Assembly (NCBI GenBank): GCA_017560625.1
Contig: JAFZEP010000093.1
Coordinates: 1 to 49,984, forward strand
DNA: 49,984 bases
Origin: Bacteroidales bacterium
Lineage (GTDB): Bacteria; Bacteroidota; Bacteroidia; Bacteroidales; UBA932
Reading direction: 5' to 3'
A program made the position numbers and the translations under genes. The notes under the pieces are model-generated. The model saw only the letters and a list, made by a program, of their open reading frames with translations. It was not told the DNA's origin and searched no databases. The number at the start of each line of letters is the position of its first letter. Within the stretch, counting starts at the first letter, position 1. Below are positions 37,053 to 46,955 of the stretch, in pieces.

Positions 37053-40000
37053 ATGACTAGACTAAAACTTTTTCTTGCAGTTCTGGCAATGATGGTGACA
37101 TCCTGGGCATATGCTCAGGACCTCACTGTGACTGGAACTGTGAAGGACTCGTCTACAGGTGATCCGGTGCCTTTTGCTGCTATCCAGCTCAAGGGTACCA
37201 TGATCGGAGGAATGACCGACGGTGACGGTCTCTACTCTATGAATGTTCCTGGAGATGGAGTCCTTGTGTTTTCTTCGGTAGGTTACAAGGATGCGGAGGT
37301 GTCTGTTGCTTCCAGGGGTGTCATCGATGTCCTTCTGGATCCTGATACCGAGATGATCGAAGAGACCATCGTCGTAGCCTTCGGTACGGCGACGAAGGAG
37401 TCCTTTACAGGATCGGCTACTGTTGTCAAGTCCGACGACATCCAGAAGACCCAGTCTTCAGATGTCACTCGTGCGCTTGAAGGTATGGTTGCCGGAGTGC
37501 AGATGACCACTTCTTCGGGATCTCTCGGAAGTTCGCCTTCGATCATGATCCGTGGTATCAGCTCCATCAATGCGGGCACTGCGCCTCTCTACGTGGTCGA
37601 CGGTGTGCCGTACAGCGGTGACATGAACAACCTCAATTCTGCCGACATCGAGTCTATGACCGTCCTCAAGGACGCCGCTTCAAATGCCCTTTACGGTGCA
37701 CGTGGTGCCAATGGTGTCATCATGATCACCACCAAGAAGGCAAAACTGGGAGAGGCAAAGATCTCAGTGGATGCGAAGTGGGGACTCAACACAAAGGCTC
37801 TCAGAAGTTATGATTATATCACTGACCCTGGACAGTACTACGAGACTCATTACAACGCCCTTTACAATTATTACAGAATGGAGAAGGGCATGTCCAATGA
37901 GGCTGCCAATGTGCTTGCGGCCAAGAATGTGACCGGAGCAGCTGCAGAAGGTGGTCTTGGTTATCTCACATTCACTGTTCCAGAAGGTCAGAACCTCATC
38001 GGAAGCAACGGAAAACTCAATCCGTATGCGACTCCAGGCCGCCTTGTGAACTTCATGGGCGAGCAGTTCTGGCTTCAGCCTGACAACTGGATGGATGCTA
38101 CTTACAAGAATTCGCTCCGTCAGGAGTACAATGTAAGCGTTGCCGGAACAACAGGAAATGCCCAGATCTTCGCATCGTTCGGATACCTCAACAACAAGGC
38201 TATCGTGGACGGCAGTGACATGTACCGCTACACAGCGCGAATCAGAGCGGACTACCAGGCGAAGGAGTGGCTGAAGATCGGAATGAACATGGGTTACACC
38301 AACTTCAACTGGAACAACGGTAACTCAGACGAGGGATCTGCAGGTTCTGTAGGAAACATCTTCGGTTTTGCTACAATGGTCGCTCCGATCTATCCGGTAT
38401 TCCTCAGGAATGCTGACGGAAGCATCAAGTACGACCAGTACGGCAACAAGAGATACGACTTCGGAGACGGAAGCAATGCCGGCATGTCACGCCCTATCTC
38501 AGGAAATGCCAACGCTCTCCAGACTGTTACTCTCGACACAAACAACAGCGAGGGTAATGCAATCAACGGTACAGGTTACTTTGAGGTCAAGTTCCTCAAG
38601 GACTTCACTTTCACATTCAACGCCGGTGTCGGTGTGGATGAGACAAGAAGTACAAGCATCAACAATATGTACTATGGCCAGTTCGCTGCGAACGGCGGTA
38701 TCATTTCAAAGAGCCACGGACGTTCGTTCTATCTGAACCTCCAGCAGCTTTTGAACTGGAACAGGACTTTCGCTGATTATCATAATGTAACAGTGCTCCT
38801 TGGTCATGAGTGGTATGTGTCAAACGGCGTAAGTCTCGGAGCCTCGAAGAGCAAGATGTTCTCGCTCAACAACACCGAACTCGGTGGAGCGGTCATCGAC
38901 GGCCAGGCTGCTTCTTCCGGACGCTCAGACTACAACAATGAGGGTTACTTCCTCAGAGCTCAGTACGACTATCAGAACAGGATCTTTGCAAGTGCCTCAT
39001 TCCGTAGGGATGCGTCGTCACGCTTCCATCCGGATCACCGCTGGGGTAACTTCTGGTCTCTCGGTGGAGGTTGGCTGATCAACCATGAGCCTTGGTTCAA
39101 CGTGCGTTGGATCGACATGCTCAAGCTCAAGGCCTCTATCGGATCCCAGGGTAACGACAACATCGCTGACTACCTCTACACAGATATGTACTCGATCACC
39201 AACAGTGACGGTGAGATCGGTGTGAAGAGAGGTTCGATCGGTAACCCTGACATCACATGGGAAACAAATACAAACTTCAATGCCGGATTTGACTTCGACC
39301 TCCTCAGAGGAAGAGTTTCCGGTTCGGTGGAGTACTTCTATCGTCTGACTTCAGACATGCTGTACTTCGTTTCGATTCCTATTTCATACGGTTTCAGCGG
39401 ATACTACGACAACATCGGTGACATGAGAAATGCCGGTATCGAGTTCGCTGTCAACGGTGCGATCATGGACAGAAGGAACTTCCGCTGGGATGCATATGTG
39501 AACTTCACACACTACACCAACAAGATCATCATGCTTCCTGACACCCACAAGAACCGTGAGATCGACGGATACTATGGATATGCGTCCGGCAACAAATATG
39601 TGGCTGAGGGACTTCCTCTCAACACATTCCTTATGCCTAAGTATGCCGGTGTAGACAAGACAAACGGTCTCCCTATGTGGTACAAGGACGTTCTTGATGA
39701 TAACGGAAACGTCATCGGCAGGACTATGACATCAGAGTATTCTGAGGCTACAGACTATCTCTGTGACGATCCTACACCAGACCTCTATGGTGGTTTCGGA
39801 ACATCGTTCAGCTTCTACAACTTCGACATTTCGGCTGCATTCACTTATTCTATCGGAGGTCTTACCTACGACTCAGGTTATGCAAGCTACATGTCTCCTC
39901 CAGGCGGTTCGGTAGGTTCGAACTTCCACAAGGACGTGCTCAAGGCATGGAGCCCGGAGAACAAGAACTCGGATATTCCTCGTTTCGTATATAACGACCA

Positions 40001-40265
40001 GAACATCAACGCTTCTTCAGACAGATTCCTTGTCCCTGCAAGCTACCTGAACTTCCAGAATGCACAGATCGGCTACACTATTCCGGCTTCTGTGACAAAC
40101 CGCATCAAGGTGGACAAGATGAGAGTATATGTAGCATGTGACAACATCTGGTACTGCTCATACAGACATGGTCTGGATCCTCGAAGCAGCTTCTCAGGAG
40201 GAACCAACTATGCGAGCAACTCTCCTGTAAGAACAATCACAGGTGGTATCAACATCGTATTCTAA
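37053..40265 (+). CDS. susC: SusC/RagA-family TonB-dependent transporter (copy 3)
   Basis: PLYVVDG, LKDAASNALYGARGANGV, RRDASSRF, ITWE, C-terminal IVF. Confidence 0.96.
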   Translation: MTRLKLFLAVLAMMVTSWAYAQDLTVTGTVKDSSTGDPVPFAAIQLKGTMIGGMTDGDGLYSMNVPGDGVLVFSSVGYKDAEVSVASRGVIDVLLDPDTEMIEETIVVAFGTATKESFTGSATVVKSDDIQKTQSSDVTRALEGMVAGVQMTTSSGSLGSSPSIMIRGISSINAGTAPLYVVDGVPYSGDMNNLNSADIESMTVLKDAASNALYGARGANGVIMITTKKAKLGEAKISVDAKWGLNTKALRSYDYITDPGQYYETHYNALYNYYRMEKGMSNEAANVLAAKNVTGAAAEGGLGYLTFTVPEGQNLIGSNGKLNPYATPGRLVNFMGEQFWLQPDNWMDATYKNSLRQEYNVSVAGTTGNAQIFASFGYLNNKAIVDGSDMYRYTARIRADYQAKEWLKIGMNMGYTNFNWNNGNSDEGSAGSVGNIFGFATMVAPIYPVFLRNADGSIKYDQYGNKRYDFGDGSNAGMSRPISGNANALQTVTLDTNNSEGNAINGTGYFEVKFLKDFTFTFNAGVGVDETRSTSINNMYYGQFAANGGIISKSHGRSFYLNLQQLLNWNRTFADYHNVTVLLGHEWYVSNGVSLGASKSKMFSLNNTELGGAVIDGQAASSGRSDYNNEGYFLRAQYDYQNRIFASASFRRDASSRFHPDHRWGNFWSLGGGWLINHEPWFNVRWIDMLKLKASIGSQGNDNIADYLYTDMYSITNSDGEIGVKRGSIGNPDITWETNTNFNAGFDFDLLRGRVSGSVEYFYRLTSDMLYFVSIPISYGFSGYYDNIGDMRNAGIEFAVNGAIMDRRNFRWDAYVNFTHYTNKIIMLPDTHKNREIDGYYGYASGNKYVAEGLPLNTFLMPKYAGVDKTNGLPMWYKDVLDDNGNVIGRTMTSEYSEATDYLCDDPTPDLYGGFGTSFSFYNFDISAAFTYSIGGLTYDSGYASYMSPPGGSVGSNFHKDVLKAWSPENKNSDIPRFVYNDQNINASSDRFLVPASYLNFQNAQIGYTIPASVTNRIKVDKMRVYVACDNIWYCSYRHGLDPRSSFSGGTNYASNSPVRTITGGINIVF

Positions 40266-40283
40266 TCAGAGGAGACAAGAAAT

Positions 40284-41966
40284 ATGAAGAAAACAATACT
40301 TAAAGTTTCTGGAATTCTTGCTGCGACACTTCTCGCAGCGTCCTGCATCCAGGAGACAGTGCCTGTAGGAGGCTCTGTGACTCAGGACCAGGTGTCGGCA
40401 TCTGATTTTGCGCTGATGTCGATGATCAACGCCATGCCTGCCAGCATGACAACATCCGGAACAGGAGGCTATGCCGGATCATATGGCGATCACACTGACT
40501 TCGGTATCCCAGGCATCCACCTCCGTTTCGAGCATATGCTTGAGGACATCGCTACAATGGCGGACAACCCATACTACAACCGCTTCTATGCATATGACCT
40601 GAATCAGGCCCAGGGCCCTCAGTATACATATTGTGCTTATTTCTGGGACATGTACTACACATGGATCAGACTTGCAAACGACGTCATCGCGTCTATGCTT
40701 CCTGCAATCGAGGATGGCGCTGACGAGGACACCATGGTCAAGCTCAAGCACAATCTCGGACAGGCATATGCATACAGAGCATGGTGCTATCTTGACCTTG
40801 CACGTCTCTATGAACCGAAGGAGACTGCCGAGGTTCAGATCCCTGCAGACATCTACGAACTCACAGTTCCTATCGTAGACGAGAACACTACAATCGACGA
40901 CTGTAAGAGAAATCCGCGTGTGAAGCGTGATCAGATGTATCAGTTCATTCTTGACGATCTCAAGCGTGCTGAAGAATATCTTGACCCAGCGTCTTCATCA
41001 TGGGGACAGCCAAACGAGATGATGGTGAACGGTCTTTATGCCCGTGCATACATCGAACTCGGATATGAGCGCTCCGGCTACAATGCGGAAATGTTCAAGA
41101 AGGCAGCAGATTATGCCCGCAAGGTCATTGACCAGAGCGGCAAGACTCCTCTTACCAAGGAGCAGTGGACCAATCCTTCTACAGGATTCAACAGCGCTTC
41201 AGCAAACAATGCATGGATCTGGGGAATCGCACTTTCGTCTGAAAACCTCAACAACCTCCTTTCATTCACAGCCCACATGTCGAATGAGGCGGCTTGGGGA
41301 TATGCGGCATACGCTCAGTTCGGTGTCAGCCAGCTTCTCTATGATGCTGTGCCTGAGTCAGACTTCAGAAAGCTCTCTTGGCTCGGACCGAACAAGGAAG
41401 AGTGGACAAGCGGCAAATACCGTTTTGCCGGCACAAGCTCTGACCTTTCTGCATTCCTTAACGGAGTCGGACGTCCGGGAGCCAAGCCATATACAGCTCT
41501 CAAGTTCCGTCCTGCTCAGGGCGAGTGCAACGACTTCAATGTCGGAAATGCGATCGACTACTGTATGATGCGTATCGAGGAGATGTACTTCATCGAGATG
41601 GAGGCCAAGTACCATCTTAACCCTACAGAGGGTGTGGAACTCCTGAAGTCATTCATGCACAACTATCGCGATGCATCTTACAACCGCATTCCTGCAGGTG
41701 CCGATTTCGCTACATTCAAGAAGGAACTCCTTCTCCAGAAGCGAATCGAGTTCTGGGGCGAGGGAATTCTCCTGTTCGACTACAAGCGTCTTGACGAGCC
41801 AATTGACCGCTCTGCTTCAAACCATGCAGGCGTGTTCAAGCTCAGAACACAGCGCAGATCTCCTCAGTGGAATATCGTGATCACACGTGCTGAGTTCCAG
41901 TCGAACACTGCAATCAACGAGAGTCTCAACAATCCGGATCCTTCGGAAAAGATCGAAATACTTTAA
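40284..41966 (+). CDS. susD: SusD/RagB-family lipoprotein (copy 3)
   Basis: AASC lipobox; ILDDL, MRIEEMYFIEMEA and QKRIEFWGEG...FDYKRL motifs. Confidence 0.93.
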   Translation: MKKTILKVSGILAATLLAASCIQETVPVGGSVTQDQVSASDFALMSMINAMPASMTTSGTGGYAGSYGDHTDFGIPGIHLRFEHMLEDIATMADNPYYNRFYAYDLNQAQGPQYTYCAYFWDMYYTWIRLANDVIASMLPAIEDGADEDTMVKLKHNLGQAYAYRAWCYLDLARLYEPKETAEVQIPADIYELTVPIVDENTTIDDCKRNPRVKRDQMYQFILDDLKRAEEYLDPASSSWGQPNEMMVNGLYARAYIELGYERSGYNAEMFKKAADYARKVIDQSGKTPLTKEQWTNPSTGFNSASANNAWIWGIALSSENLNNLLSFTAHMSNEAAWGYAAYAQFGVSQLLYDAVPESDFRKLSWLGPNKEEWTSGKYRFAGTSSDLSAFLNGVGRPGAKPYTALKFRPAQGECNDFNVGNAIDYCMMRIEEMYFIEMEAKYHLNPTEGVELLKSFMHNYRDASYNRIPAGADFATFKKELLLQKRIEFWGEGILLFDYKRLDEPIDRSASNHAGVFKLRTQRRSPQWNIVITRAEFQSNTAINESLNNPDPSEKIEIL

Positions 41967-41975
41967 TTCATAAAG

Positions 41976-44426
41976 ATGATGAAAAAGTACTTACATATAT
42001 TTATGACAGCACTGCTGTCAGTGGTTCTGGTTTCATGCGTTCAGGAGGAACCGTATGCACCGGGCGAACTTGATGCAGAGTCCTGCTACGGCGTATATTT
42101 CCCGACACAGTCTGGAACAGGTGATCTTCAGATCGAACCGGAAGATCCGACCACGCTTACTTATCTTGTGCGCAGAGCCAATTCAAGAGGCGAACTGCGC
42201 GTGCCTGTGACAATCAAGGCGAACTATCCGATCTTCTCGGTGGATGAGGTTGTATTTGAGGATGGCTCTCCTGTGGCTGAGGTCGTGGTGCATTTCCCTA
42301 CGGCAAAGATCGCTACCACTTATGAGTGTACCCTCATTATCGAAGGTGACGAGTTCGTGTCGAAATATTCCGCAAACCCTTGCCACCTGAGCTTCAGCGT
42401 GACACGCGTCAAGTGGAACGATCTTGTGGGACCGAACGGCGAGACAACCGGAAGATGGCGCGACGGTATCTTCCCTGAGTGGTTCTCTGTGACATATCCG
42501 AACCTTGAGAGGACAGTCAACATCCAGGAGCGTGATGACATGCCTGGCTACTACAGAATATTTGATGTGTACAGCGTGGATTATCTTGGTACAATGTTCA
42601 ATGCCAACATGTCAAGCATCTGCGTATCACAGCATTATACATACATTGATGCTACGGATCCTGCAAAGGTATGGATCCCTACCTTCAAGACCGGCGCTAT
42701 CTTCAGCCCATCTTATGGTATGACAAGCGTAGGATCATATGTTGCCGAGAACAAGGACTTTGATCCTTCTATCGCATCTGTGTATGGTACATTGAAGGAT
42801 GGTGTGATCGAGTTCCCATACGGATCGCTTCAGATGAAGCTTGAAACCCTCGGATGGTATGCTACCAACTCGGCAGGTCTTCACAGAATCATCCTTCCTG
42901 GCTACAGGGCAAAGGACTATGACATGACAGTGACTGCCGGTGTTTCAGACAAGTTCGGCAATCTTCCTGTCAGCGTGTCATTCGGTGCAGACATCGCGCA
43001 GGTCAAACTTGCCGTGTTTGAGGGCGCTCTCACAGAGTCTGCTGCTGCACAGAAGGCAGAGCTCATCGTAGCCAATGCCGGCAAGGAAGAACTTGGAGAT
43101 GTTGTCACTCTGTCGTCTGCCACTTCGGTAGATTATTCTTTCGACCAGACAGGAATGTATACAGTAGTGGCTGTCGGTCTTGACGTTACAGGCGCATATC
43201 GCGTGATGAAGCAGGTGACTTTCGGCTACCTCAAGAAGGGTGATGATGCAAACCAGGTGATCCTCAGCTGTGGCCTTATCTGTTCAGACAAGTACGCTTC
43301 AGAGGGAATGACAGCAAAGAACTCTCTGGAGATCTACATTACTGGAAAGGATATCCAGCGTTTGCACGCGGGCTTTTATACAAAGGACCAGTGGGAGTCA
43401 AATGAGGAAGCCATCAAGAAGAGTCTGGCCGGATCTCAGATGAACAAGGCAAGTCTTGATCTTGTGAACAGTTCGGGTCTCTTCCTCAAGCAGGGTTACC
43501 TCGTTCCAGGAACAGAGTACGTGCTTGTGCTCCTGGCTTATAACGGCTATCGCGAGCAGTTCTTCGTCGCTGAGCAGAAGACAGCTGGAGAGTGGGATCC
43601 TAGACTTGCAGAATACGATCTTTCCGACATCGACATGAACGAGCTGCCTGCAAACTATGACGGCTACTTCGGCAAGTATCACTATTATGCATTCGAGGGA
43701 GACATGTACTCAAGAGCATATCTTGGTGATGTGACCGTTTCTGACCAGTTCCCTGCTGACTTCACTCCAAGCATGACAGGATACCAGTTTGTAAACATCA
43801 AGGGTCTCTTCCCATTGGCAAAGACATTCGGTCTGGAGGATGATTCATACTCATTCATCTATTACGACAACTTCCTCTACAACTTCGAGCAGGCGTTCGA
43901 GAGCTTCTATTCGGATGGTGCACTGTTCTATCCTGCAGCATATATGTATGCGGCCAGCGGATCTGCTTACGGCGGACGTATGGGTCTGTTGGGAGCATTC
44001 GTTCAGGATGGCTATCTTGCCATCATAGACTCCGGAATGTATGGAGAATACGGTGAGGTGATCGACGGTTTTGCTGTGATCGCATACCAGGATCCTAACC
44101 ATAAGACATATGCCGGAGTCATCGACATGGTGACAGGAATGCTTCTGGTAAGGGAGGATCTTGATCCGAACCCTATCTATGACGAGCGCAATCAGGCCAA
44201 GGCAGCTGCTTCTGCCTCATCTGTAAGATCTTACTTCTCTGCATATGAGCAGACTCTCAGAAGAGGACCTCAGAACTGTGTGGAGACATTTGAGACCTAT
44301 CTGATGAAGGCCATTCAGACTTCACGTCAGCAGGTGAGAATCAAGAACTATCTTGATGTGAACAATCTCCAGATCGTAGAGTCTGTGGAAATGAAACCAG
44401 CAGCTCATAATGCGGCTGTCAAATAA
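41976..44426 (+). CDS. Large hypothetical surface lipoprotein (816 aa)
   Basis: LVSC lipobox followed by acidic residues; beta-rich, multi-domain appearance; no catalytic motif recognised. Confidence 0.8.
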   Translation: MMKKYLHIFMTALLSVVLVSCVQEEPYAPGELDAESCYGVYFPTQSGTGDLQIEPEDPTTLTYLVRRANSRGELRVPVTIKANYPIFSVDEVVFEDGSPVAEVVVHFPTAKIATTYECTLIIEGDEFVSKYSANPCHLSFSVTRVKWNDLVGPNGETTGRWRDGIFPEWFSVTYPNLERTVNIQERDDMPGYYRIFDVYSVDYLGTMFNANMSSICVSQHYTYIDATDPAKVWIPTFKTGAIFSPSYGMTSVGSYVAENKDFDPSIASVYGTLKDGVIEFPYGSLQMKLETLGWYATNSAGLHRIILPGYRAKDYDMTVTAGVSDKFGNLPVSVSFGADIAQVKLAVFEGALTESAAAQKAELIVANAGKEELGDVVTLSSATSVDYSFDQTGMYTVVAVGLDVTGAYRVMKQVTFGYLKKGDDANQVILSCGLICSDKYASEGMTAKNSLEIYITGKDIQRLHAGFYTKDQWESNEEAIKKSLAGSQMNKASLDLVNSSGLFLKQGYLVPGTEYVLVLLAYNGYREQFFVAEQKTAGEWDPRLAEYDLSDIDMNELPANYDGYFGKYHYYAFEGDMYSRAYLGDVTVSDQFPADFTPSMTGYQFVNIKGLFPLAKTFGLEDDSYSFIYYDNFLYNFEQAFESFYSDGALFYPAAYMYAASGSAYGGRMGLLGAFVQDGYLAIIDSGMYGEYGEVIDGFAVIAYQDPNHKTYAGVIDMVTGMLLVREDLDPNPIYDERNQAKAAASASSVRSYFSAYEQTLRRGPQNCVETFETYLMKAIQTSRQQVRIKNYLDVNNLQIVESVEMKPAAHNAAVK

Positions 44427-44438
44427 CCAGATTAAAGT

Positions 44439-46454
44439 ATGAAGATGAATATGATAAGAAGAATTTTCAGTCTGATGCTTCCTGCTGCACTTGTTGCAGT
44501 AGGATGCGCAGAGAAGGAACTTCCGGTGCTTGAGCAGCCTTCTGCAGAGCAGACCAAGCTGGCTACAAAATGTCTGAACAGCTCTGAGAGGGCTGAGGAA
44601 GGTACGCTTCTGCTGTATCTTGATGATGCTGTCGCTTTGCAGCTGGCTGCAGGCGAGGGCACTGCTCAGTGGGAGGAGGCATGCGCAGCTCTCGGAGTGG
44701 AATACGTAGAGAAAGTGTTCCCGAACACTTCTGACGAACTCTCGCAGAGCCTTGGTCTCCATCGTTGGTTCATGGTTTCGTTCCCAGATGAGACAGATGT
44801 GGTGAAGGCAGCTCAGCTTATGGCAGACCTTGCAGATGTGGATGCAATCCAGTTCAACACATCCATCGAGAGACGTTTCGGAAGCGAGGCTCCTATTCCT
44901 TGGACTCCATTCCAGCAGGAGGGACACGGCGAGTTCAATCTCCCGTTCAACGATCCTATGCTCGTAGACCAGTGGCATTATATCAACAACAAGGACCTCA
45001 GTGTCGCTCAGACATCACGCACAGGTGCCGACATCAATGTCAAGAATGCATGGGGCCTCACTGCAGGTGATCCACGCATCATCGTTGCAGTGTGCGACGA
45101 GGGTGTCAAGTACACTCATCCGGACCTTGCTGCAAATATGTGGGTAAACGCAGGTGAGATTGCCGGCAACGGCATCGACGACGACGGCAACGGTTACGTT
45201 GATGATATCCATGGCTGGAACTTCCTTTCTACAGAGAAGTATCCGAAGGAGATCAGCTGGAACGAGCCTGGTGATGTGAGCCATGGTACTCACGTAGCTG
45301 GAACAGTTGCTGCTGTAAACAACAACGGCATCGGTGTCAGCGGTGTTGCCGGTGGATCCGGCAACGGTGACGGCTGCCGCATCATGTCATGCCAGGTGTT
45401 CTCGGGATCAAGCTCGGCTACAGTTGCTGCGCGTGCAAGAGCATATCACTATGCTGCTCAGATGGGAGCCGCGGTTCTTCAGTGTTCTTATGGACAGGAG
45501 GCCGGTCTGCTTACTTCTGACCAGGGATTCGAGAGTTCTTACACTGTAGAGATCGCTGCGCTGAGATATTTCCGTGACTATGGCAACCAGAAGAACGGCT
45601 CGCCTGTCAACAAGAACATCATCGTGTTCGCATCAGGTAATGACGGAGCAAACATTTCAGGATATCCGGCAGCTCACAAGGAGATCATTTCAGTGTCGGC
45701 ATTCGGTCCTGACTATCTCCCTACAAACTACACCAACTATGGTCCTGGAGTAAATATTTCAGCTCCTGGTGGAGACGTTTCCATCAATCTGACATCACAT
45801 TCCGAAAGAGCCCAGATCCTTTCGACTACAGCTGTAGAGTCGGCACAGTATGACTCCAACTACGGATGGATGCAGGGAACATCGATGGCGTGTCCTCATG
45901 TTTCAGGTGTTGTGGCTCTTGGTCTTTCCTATGCACTCAAGCTCAACAAGACATTCGACTATGATGAATTTGTGGCTATCCTCTATTCGTCAGTCAATGA
46001 CCTCGACTACTACATCGAGACATGCAGCAAGCAGGCAAACGGTGTGACATTCGATCTCACTCCATTCTGGAGAAAGATGGGAACAGGTGCAGTGGACACA
46101 TGGAAGTTCCTGATGAACATCGAGGGCACTCCTAACATCGTGACAAAGGTCGGAGAACTGTCGAAGGTTTCACTTGTTCCATGCTTCGGTGAGCCGGCAG
46201 CAAACCTTACATACACAAAACTTGAGATTGACGATCAGGCTAGGGAGACTCTCGGCATCGAGGGCGAGCCTTACATCAACAACGGACGTCTCTTCATCAA
46301 GTGTACAAAGTACGGTTCTGCAAAGATCAGGATCACTGCGATTGCAGGCGGTGACAATGTTGCAACTGATGCAGAAATGGGTGGCAGTGAGTTTACAAGA
46401 GAGGTCTCACTCCTCTCACGTGACAGCATAGCTGAAAACGGTGGTTGGCTCTAA
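44439..46454 (+). CDS. S8 subtilisin-like serine protease, lipoprotein, no T9SS CTD
   Basis: AVGC lipobox; triad VCDEGV / HGTHVAG / GTSMACPHVSG; ASGN; NGIDDDGNGYVDDIHGWNF insert. Confidence 0.92.
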   Translation: MKMNMIRRIFSLMLPAALVAVGCAEKELPVLEQPSAEQTKLATKCLNSSERAEEGTLLLYLDDAVALQLAAGEGTAQWEEACAALGVEYVEKVFPNTSDELSQSLGLHRWFMVSFPDETDVVKAAQLMADLADVDAIQFNTSIERRFGSEAPIPWTPFQQEGHGEFNLPFNDPMLVDQWHYINNKDLSVAQTSRTGADINVKNAWGLTAGDPRIIVAVCDEGVKYTHPDLAANMWVNAGEIAGNGIDDDGNGYVDDIHGWNFLSTEKYPKEISWNEPGDVSHGTHVAGTVAAVNNNGIGVSGVAGGSGNGDGCRIMSCQVFSGSSSATVAARARAYHYAAQMGAAVLQCSYGQEAGLLTSDQGFESSYTVEIAALRYFRDYGNQKNGSPVNKNIIVFASGNDGANISGYPAAHKEIISVSAFGPDYLPTNYTNYGPGVNISAPGGDVSINLTSHSERAQILSTTAVESAQYDSNYGWMQGTSMACPHVSGVVALGLSYALKLNKTFDYDEFVAILYSSVNDLDYYIETCSKQANGVTFDLTPFWRKMGTGAVDTWKFLMNIEGTPNIVTKVGELSKVSLVPCFGEPAANLTYTKLEIDDQARETLGIEGEPYINNGRLFIKCTKYGSAKIRITAIAGGDNVATDAEMGGSEFTREVSLLSRDSIAENGGWL

Positions 46455-46467
46455 TATGTATATGCTT

Positions 46468-46914
46468 ATGAAAAAGATATTTACAACGATAATGATTTGT
46501 GCAGCGGCTATGTTTGCCTTCGCTGCATGCGGCGACCCGGAGGCTGACAAGCTGGAGAAGGTTGCAGGTGAGTGGCATTATACAGGCGTAGAGTCCGGTG
46601 TCGAGATCGACATCTATCTTGGTCTGTATACAGACAGCACATTCGATCTGTATCAGAAGGTCGGCGAGGGCCCTCATTACCTCTATAAGGGTAAGTACAA
46701 CTTTGATGGCCAGGTTCTTTCAGGAACATATTCCGACTACACTCCATGGGCGCATGACTACAATGTAACCAAGTCAAACGGATCATTGACTTTGACATCA
46801 GTAGCTGCTCCTGATTATTCGATCACATTCAGGAAGGAAGCGATCCCGCAGTCGGTCCGCACGCATTACATGCCTGTGACCAAGGCTGAGGGCGAGACTC
46901 CAGCGATATTGTAA
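46468..46914 (+). CDS. Small lipocalin-like lipoprotein
   Basis: FAAC lipobox, GEW motif, DSTFDLYQ...Y.GKY beta strands; alternative starts at 46456 and 46462. Confidence 0.68.
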   Translation: MKKIFTTIMICAAAMFAFAACGDPEADKLEKVAGEWHYTGVESGVEIDIYLGLYTDSTFDLYQKVGEGPHYLYKGKYNFDGQVLSGTYSDYTPWAHDYNVTKSNGSLTLTSVAAPDYSITFRKEAIPQSVRTHYMPVTKAEGETPAIL

Positions 46915-46918
46915 AGCT

Positions 46919-46955
46919 AAAACGAAGGCTGACCAACGGTCAGCCTTCGTTTTTT
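46919..46955. terminator. Bidirectional intrinsic terminator
   Basis: aaaacgaaggctgacc-aac-ggtcagccttcgtttttt. Confidence 0.9.

Noticed and set aside
23071-46914. Invertible promoter or susC/D shufflon
   Set aside because: All modules are co-oriented, no recombinase is present, and I could not see shared inverted repeats at the susC 5' ends beyond ordinary coding homology; a self dot-plot would be decisive.
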